Below are positions 50,665-64,000 of a DNA stretch of 64,000 bases, piece after piece. The notes under the pieces were generated by a model. The model worked only from the letters and a program-made list of their open reading frames with translations. It was not told the origin of the DNA and searched no databases. The stretch lies in NCBI RefSeq assembly GCF_009914755.1, contig NC_060939.1. The stretch is one strand, 5' to 3'. Within the stretch, counting starts at the first letter, position 1. Each line of letters opens with the position of its first letter. A program made the translations under genes and the position numbers. The stretch comes from the human T2T-CHM13v2.0 reference genome, Homo sapiens.

Positions 50665-53600
50665 GTGGCAAAATGCCATCAGTCTGTTTGCTAAAGCACA
50701 GTAAGAGTCACCTTTGCTCCAGTTCCCAATAACTTTCTCATGCGCATCTAAAACTGCCTCAGCCTGGACTTCATTGTCCATACCACTATCAGCATTTTGG
50801 TCAAAACCATTCAATAAGTCTCTAGGAAGTTCCAAATTTTCCTGGATCTTCCTGTCTTCTTCTGAGCCCTCCAAACTGTTCCAACCTCTGCCTGTTACCC
50901 AGTTCCAAAGTCATTTCTACATTTTCAGGTATCTTTATATCGGCACCTTACTACTTTGGTATCAATTTACTGTATTAGTAGATTTGCACCCTGCTATGAA
51001 AAAATACCTGAGACTAGGTAATTTATAAAGGAAAGAGGTTTAATTGACTCACATTTCCACATTGCTGGGGAGGCTTCAGGAAACTTACAATCATTGTGGA
51101 AGGCAAAGGAGAAGTGGATGCTTCTTTACACGGTTGCGGGAAGGAGTGAGTGCAAGCAGGAGAAATACCAGACACTGATAAACCGTCAGATCTCATGAGA
51201 CTCACTCACTGTCATGAGAACAGCATCAGGGAAATCGCCTCCATGATCCAATTACCTCCACCTGGTCCCACGCTTGATACATGGGGATTATGGGAATTAC
51301 AACTTGAGGTGAGATTTTGGTGGCAACACAAAGCCAAACCATATCACCCCCTCACCCTCATTGCTGGTCACCAGGCAAGAAATGGCAGCTGGAGCTTCTA
51401 GCCCAGTGTTTCTGCTTCTATGTGAACTCAGCCAGTGGGCACAGCCTCCTGTTGTTCTGAGAAACACCCAGATGGCAGAGTGGGTGACTCCACCCACCCC
51501 CAGCTGTCACAAGCAGGTGAACAATACTGGCTAGAACTTCCAAACAAGCAGTCCTCCTTCTGTCTAAATTTGCTGAGGGGCATAGCCTCTTGTTGCCCAG
51601 GAAACACCTGGAAGACAGGATGGGAAACTCCATCAACCCCTGCTTCTCAAATCCAGACAGGCCACACTGGCTAGAACTTCCACCCAGCAGTCCTGCTCCT
51701 GCCCGAAGTCTGCAAGCAAGTGCAACCACATGTTGCTATGGAAAGCACACAGACAACAGATTAGGGCAGACCTGGCAAAGATATGGCCTGTCTGCCATCT
51801 TCAGCCCCTGTTTGAGGGAGGCCTACGGACCAGAACCCCATGCATAAAAGGAATGTGGGCATAGAAACAGTAATCGGAGGGGCTCCTTCAAGACCCAGGA
51901 GCAGACTAGAGTTGAAGCCGGTGGACTCAACCTACCTCACACCACAATCAAACCTCAAAGGACAACAAAGAAGATAAAAGCAAAAACAGCCATCCAAAAA
52001 ACAGCAGCTTCAAAGATTAAAGGAACGTCAGCCAACACAGATGAGAAAGAACCCACACAAGAATTCTGGCAGCTCAAAAAGCTAGAGTGACTTTTTACTT
52101 CCAAACGACTGCACTAGCTTCCTATCGATGATTCTTAACCAGGCTGAAATGGCAGAAATGTCGGAAATAAAATACAGATTATGGATAGAGTGAAGATCAT
52201 TGACATGCAGAAGAAAGTTTAAACTTAATCCAAGGAATCTAAATAATATAATAAAATGATACAGGAGATAAAAGACAAAGTGGTCATTTTAAGAAAGAAC
52301 CAAACCAAACTGACAGAGCTGAAAAACTTGCTTCAAGAATTTCATAATACAATTGAAAGTGTTAATAGTAGAATTGACCAAGCTAATGAAAAAAATCTCA
52401 GAGGTCAAAGACCAGTTCTGCAGACTGTGACTTTTGTCACAGTCAGACAAAAATAAATAAGAAAAAATAAAGAAGAATGAACAAAATCTCCAAGAAATAT
52501 GGGATAATGTAAAGAGACCAAATCTATGACTCATTGGTGTCATAGATTGGTGAAAGAGAGGGAGAAAAAGCAAGCAACTTGGAAAACACATTTGAGAATA
52601 TCATCCATGAAAATTTGTTCAACCACGCCAAAGAGTCCAACATTCAAATCAAGTAAATGCAGAAAATGCCTGTGACATACTATACAAGACAACCACAACC
52701 AAGGCAAAAAGTTATCAAATTTTCCAAGGCTGAAATGAAAGAAAAAATGATAAAGGCAGCTAGAAAGAAGGGGCATATCACCTACAAGGGGTATAAGCCC
52801 ATCAGGCTTACAGCAGACACTGCAGTAGAAACTACAATCCAAGAGAAATTGAGGGCCTATATCCAGCATTCTTAGAGAAAAGAAATCCCAACAGAGAATT
52901 TTATATCCAGCCAAATGAAGCTTCAAAAGGGAAGAAGAAATAAGATCCTTTTCAGATGAGCAAATGCTAAGGAAATTCCTTACCACTATATCTACCTTAA
53001 AAGAGATCCTTAAGGGAATGCTAAATATGGACAGGAAAGACCATTATTGGTCACCACAGTAACACACAACTACTTAGACTATTCACACTATGAAACAATC
53101 ACATGATCAAGTCTACGTAATAACCCGTAAGAAACATGATGACAGAATCAAACCTGCACATATCAATATTAACCTTGAATATAAGAGAGCTAAATGCCCC
53201 AAATTAAAAGGGACAGAGTGGCAAGATGAATAAAGAAGCAAGACCCAACTGTATTGAGGGCCTATATCCAGCTATCCACGAGAGAACCATCTCACATGCA
53301 ATGACATGTGTAAGCTCAAAGGAAAATAATGGAGAAAAATGTACCAAGCAAATGGAAAACAGAAAAAAGCAGGGGTTGCTAATCTAATTTCAGTCAAAGC
53401 AGACTTTAAACCAACAACAATCAAAAAAGACAATAAAGGGCATTACATAATGGTAACAGGTTGAGTTCAATGAGACCTAACAGTCCTAAATTTACCTGTA
53501 CCCTATACAGGAGCACCGAGATTCATAAAGCAAGTTATTAGATCTCTGAAGATACTTAGATAACCACAAAATAATAGTGGGAGACTACAACACCCTCACT

Positions 53601-54383
53601 GACAGTATTAAACAGATCACTGCAGCAGAAAACTAACAAAGATATTCAGGACATGAATTTGACATTGGACTAAATGGTCCTAACAGATATCTACAGAAAT
53701 CTCCACCCTACACCAAGAGAATGTACATTCTTCTTATCTGCACATGCCACATACTCTAAAACTGACCACACAATCATTCATAAAAGAATCCTCAACACAT
53801 TTGAACAAACCAAAATTATACAAAACACATTCTCAGACCACAGCAAAATAAAAATAGAAATCAATACTAAGAAAATTGCTCAAAACCATACTACTGCATG
53901 GAAATTAAACCACTTGCTCCTGAATGACTTTTGGGTAAATAATAAAATTAAGGCAAAAATTGAGAATTTATTTGAAGCTGATGGCAACAAAGATACAACA
54001 TACCAAAATCTCTGGGCCACAGCTAAAGCAGTTTTGGATGGAAGTTTATAGCGCTAATGCCCGCATCACAAAGTTAGAAAGATCTCAAATTAACAACCTA
54101 ACATCACACCTAACATCACACCTAGAGGAAGTACAGAAACAAGAGCAAACCAACCCCAAAGCTAGCAGAAGAGAAGAAATGACCAAAATCAGAGCTAAAC
54201 TGGAGGAAATTGAGACATGAAAAACCATACAAAAGATCAGCAAATATACAGGTTGGTTCTTTGAAAGAATATAATAAGATTGATAGACTACTAGCTAAAC
54301 TAATAAAGAAAAAAAAAGAGAAGATCCAAATAAACAAGTAGAAATGACAAATTGGGACATTACCGTAGACCTCACTGAAATAC

Positions 54384-54415
<32 letters not shown>

Positions 54416-57400
54416 TTAGAGACTGCTATGAACACCTCTAGCACAAAAACTAGAAAAGCCAGAAGAAATAGATACATTCTTGGAAACATACAACCTCTCA
54501 AGATTGAACCAGGAAGAAATCAAATTCCTGAATGACCAATAATGAATTCCAAAACTGAATCAGTAATAAAAAGCCTACTAACCAGAAAAAGCCCGAGACC
54601 AGAGAAATTCACAGCCAGATTCTACCAGACATATATAAAGAACAGCTGATACCATTCCTACTGAAACTAGTCCAACAAATGAAGAAGGAGGGACTCCTCC
54701 CTAACACACTCCATGAGGCCAGCATCATCCTGAACTAAACCCTGGCAAAACACAATGAAAAAAGAAAACTACAGGCAAATATCCTTGATAAATATCGACA
54801 CAAAAATCCTCAACAAAACAGTAGCAAACCAAATCGAGCAGCACATCAAAGCCTACCATCATCAGTAGGCTTTAATCCTGAGATGTAAGGTTGGTTCAAC
54901 ATATGCAAATCAACAAATGTGAGTCACCACATGGACAGAACTATAAACAAAAACCACATGATCATCTCAATAGATGCAGAAAAAGCTTTCAATAAAATTC
55001 AACATCCATTCATATTAAAAGCCTTCACCAAATTAAGCATCAAAGGAACATACCTAAATCTAGTAAGAGAGATCTGCGGCAAACAGCCAATATCATAGTG
55101 CATAAGCAAAAGCTGGAAACATTCCCATTGAGAACCAGAATAAGACAAGAATGCCCACTTTCACCACTCTTAGTGAACATAGTAGTAGAAGTTTTAGCCA
55201 GAACAATTAGTTAAGAGAAAAAAATAAAAAACATGCAAATAGAGAGATGGGCAAACTATCTCTATTTGCAGACAATATGATTATATGCCTAGAAAACCCC
55301 ATAGTCGCTACCTCAGAGCTCCTAGCTCTAATAAACAACATCAGCAAATTTTCAGGATACAGAATCATAGTACAAAAATCAGTAGCATTTCTATACACCA
55401 ATAAATTTCAAGCTGAGGGCCAAACCAAGAATGCAACCCCACTGGCAATAGCCACATACAAAAAAACCCTAAGAACAAACCTAACCAGGGAGATGAAATA
55501 TCTCTATGAAGAAAACCACAAACACTGCTGATAGAAATAGAGATGGCATAACAAATGGAGGAACATTTCCTGCTCATGGATTGGAAGAATCAATATCATT
55601 AAGATGGCCATACCTCCCAAAGCAATCTGCAGATTCAGTGCTATTCCAATCAAACTACAAACTTCATTTATCACAGAAGTGGAAAAAAACTATTCTAAAA
55701 TTCATATGGAACAAAAAGGAAGCCTGAATAACCAAAGCAATTGTAAGAAAATGAGCAAAGCTAATGGTATCACATAACCTGACTTCAAACCACTGTAAGG
55801 TTACAGTAACCCAAACAGCATGATACTGGAACAAAAACAGACATATAGACAAATGAAACAGAATCGAGAACCCAGAGGTAAAGCCAGATACCTACAGCCA
55901 TGTGATCTTTAATAAAATTGACACAAATAAGCAATGGGTAAATGATGGTGCTGAGATAGCTGGCTGGCCATATGCGGAAGAATGAAACTGGGCTCTTATC
56001 TTTCACCATATACAAAAATTAGCTCAAGATGGATTAAAGATTTAAATGTAAGACCTTAAACTATAAGAATCCTGGAAGAAAACCTAGGAAACACCACTCT
56101 GGACATCAGCCTTGGGAAAGAATTTATGACTAAGTTCATAAAAGCAATTACAACAAAAACAAAAATTGACAAGTGGATCTGATTAAACTGAAGAGCTTCT
56201 GTACAGCAAAGAAAGCTATCAAAAGAGTAAACAGACAACCTATAAAATGATAGAAAATATTCTCTAACTGTGCATCTGACAAAGGTCTAATATCCAGAAT
56301 CCATAAGGAACTCAAACAATTGAACAAGTAAAATACAAATAACCCCATTAAAAAGTACACAAAAGACCTTAACAGACACATCTCAAAAGAATACAAACAG
56401 CCAATAACAAGAAAAAATGCTCAACATCAGTAATCATCAGAGAAATGCAAATCAAAACCACAATGAGATACCATCTCACACCAGTTAGAATGGCTATTAC
56501 AAAAAAATGTCAAAAAACAACAGATGATGGTGAGGCTTCAAAGAAAAGGGAATGCTTATACACTGTTGGTGAGAATGTAAATTAGCTTGGCCACTGTGTA
56601 AAGCAGTTTGGAGATGTCCCAAAGAACTTAAAACAGCTACCATTTGACCTAGCAATCCCATTACTGGGTATATGTCCAATATAAAATAAGTTGTCCTGCC
56701 AAAAAGATATATGCATTTCTATGTTTATCACAGCACTATTCACAATAGTAAAGATATGGAATCAACCTAGGTGCCCATCACTGGTAGACTGAATAAAGAA
56801 AATGTAGTAAATATATGCCATGGAGCCATAAAAAATGAAATCACTGCCTTTGCAGCAACATGGATGCAGCTGGAGGTCATTATCCTAAATGTATTAATTC
56901 AGTAACAGACAACCAAATGTTGCATGTTCTCACTTGTAAGTGGGAGCTAAAGATTGGGTACTCAACGCCCATAGAGATGGCAACAATAGACACTGGGGAC
57001 TACAAGAGATGGAAGTGGGGAAATGGGACAAAGGTTGAAAAACTAACTGCTGGGTAGTATGCTCCCTACCTGGGTGATGGGATCATTTGTATCCCAAACC
57101 TCCACGTCATGCAATATACTCATGTAACAAACCTGCATATATACCCCCGAACCTACAATAAAAGTAAATTATAAAAAAAAAGAAAATGTGGTATGTAAAC
57201 AGAGTAGAATACTATTCAATCATAAAACAGAATGAAATCTTGTCATTTGAAGTAACATGGATGCACCTAAAGGACATTATGTTAAGTGACATAAGCCCAG
57301 CACAGAAATGCAAATACTGCATAATCTCAGCTATTTGTAAAACCAAACAAAAGGTGATCTCACAGAAGTACAGAGTACAATAGTGGTTACCAGAAGCTGG

Positions 57401-57744
57401 GGAGGGTAGGAGGAAAGGCCAATGGAGAGAAGTTGGTAAATGGGTAGAAAATTACAGTTAGTTAGGAGGAGTAAGTTATGGTGTTTTATTGCACAGTAAG
57501 GTGGTTATAGTTAACAATATCATATATTTCAAAATAACTGAAGAGGGTTTCTGATGTACTTAAAAGAAAATGTCAAATGTTTGAGATGATGGATGTGGTA
57601 AATACCCTGTTTATCATTACACAATGTATACATCATTTGAAACATCACACAGTAACCCATAAATATGTACAACTATTATGTATCAAAAATCATATAGAAC
57701 TTTAAAAAAATACAAAAAGCAACATCCTTAGATACAGAAGGCAG

Positions 57745-63262
<5,518 letters not shown>

Positions 63263-63569
63263 CTGACTCCTCTGTCATCTTGTCTGTGTTCTTATACTAT
63301 ATTGTCTCTTTTGGAGTTCTTAACCACATTGTTTGGTGGTTAGTTCTTTAAACCTCTATTTCACCTACTAGCATATGAGCTCCTTGTAGCTGAGATATTT
63401 TGTATCCCCATCATCCAGCAGAGTGAGTTGCTTGTAGTAGGAGTTCAACAGACTCCTTGAGAAAGGAGAGAGGAAAGCTAGAAGTGGAGAGGAAATGACC
63501 AGTTACTAAATATCTAATAAGTGTCAGCCATGTACCAAACCCTTCACATGCATTATTTCACTTATTGTA

Positions 63570-64000
63570 TCACTCATATCTATTCATGTGTCTATTTAAC
63601 AAATATTAGCCCTATACTACCTGTCAGCCACTGTTCCGTATGTTAAGGATAGAGCTACTCTTACATGCTTAATTTCAAGTGAGAGGAGACAGACAACAAA
63701 CAAAATATAACAAATAAATATATAATTATGTCAAGTGGTAATACATTTTATGAAGAAAAATAAAAGTGGGTAAGAAAATAAAGAGTTATGGAAGTTGGGA
63801 GTGTTCCATTTTAGATAAAGGACCAAGGAGGCACTTTGTGATAAGGTAGTTTTTTGAACAAAAAAAGTAAACAGAGTAACCTGAAGAACTGTAGATATGT
63901 GGAAGGAGAGAATTCCTGGAAGAGGGCTAGGCAGTACAAAGGCTCTGAGGCAGGAGCTCATCTGCATGTTTGAGGCCCAACATGGAGGCCACTGTGTCTG
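63570..64000 (-). mobile_element. L2 3' portion, runs off the window end
   Basis: TTCATGTGTCTATTTAACAAATATT, GGAGACAGACAACAAACAA, GTACAAAGGCTCTGAGGCAGGAG. Confidence 0.75.

Larger units (their letters stand above)
48136..51346 (-). mobile_element. THE1D full MaLR provirus (LTR-int-LTR)
   Basis: LTRs at 48136-48975 (split by LTR2) and 50971-51346; ~1.5-kb internal region; TSD CCCAC / CCCCC. Confidence 0.92.
47085..57180 (+). mobile_element. Full-length L1PA16-like LINE, decayed, with a THE1D provirus in its 5' UTR
   Basis: 5' end GGGGAGGGGAGGTCAAGATAGCAGACTAGAAGCAGC; ~120-bp 5' UTR repeats; ORF1 from 52041; ORF2 from 53139 with YLFADNMI-like RT motif at ~55260; 3' UTR GGCAACAATAGACACTGGGGAC..CCCAAACCTC; poly(A). 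Confidence 0.9.
41036..57710 (+). mobile_element. L1MA5/6-like host LINE, interrupted by L1PA, AluJ and L1PA16
   Basis: 5' UTR from ~41036, ORF1 ~42297-43240, ORF2 EN start ATGGTGGGAATAAATCCTTACC at 45124 running to ~47084, 3' end 57181-57710 with L1MA-type 3' UTR and A tail. Assigning the 3' piece to the same copy is inference. Confidence 0.8.

Noticed and set aside
47590-51780. ~120-bp repeated units flanking THE1D
   Set aside because: These are intrinsic tandem repeats of the L1PA15/16 5' UTR, split by the THE1D insertion.
54097-54124. 12-bp tandem duplication CCTAACATCACA x2
   Set aside because: A common slippage indel in a dead L1 with no wider significance.
52041-56950. Retrotransposition-competent L1
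   Set aside because: ORF1 and ORF2 contain numerous stops and frameshifts; the longest sense fragment is 125 aa.

Overview
Primate (catarrhine, most likely human) genomic DNA, dominated by transposable elements. I find no supportable cellular protein-coding gene, RNA gene or CpG island; the ORFs in the track are TE remnants or chance. The main landmarks are: (1) a complete 6.24-kb HERV-H provirus on the minus strand (14918-21158) with two 414-bp LTR7s, a CCCCC target duplication, a tRNA-His PBS, an intact splice donor, a deleted integrase core and a nearly full-length but stop-riddled env; (2) a 22-kb plus-strand L1 pile (41-63 kb) with four-level nesting L1MA > L1PA16 > THE1D provirus > LTR2 and LTR7B solo LTRs; (3) Alus, MIR, L2, MaLR LTRs and DNA transposons (MER33, Tigger3b, Arthur1/MER69, MER5A). 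The most interesting observations are mechanistic fossils: a probable gene-conversion tract that homogenised the U3 core of the two HERV-H LTRs, an ~555-bp L1 3' transduction bounded by a 15-bp TSD, a textbook twin-priming L1 inversion, a probable insertion-associated ~2-kb deletion, and several locally templated insertions. I see no evidence for a wholly new biological system. Subfamily names come from recalled consensus sequences and should be confirmed with RepeatMasker/Dfam.
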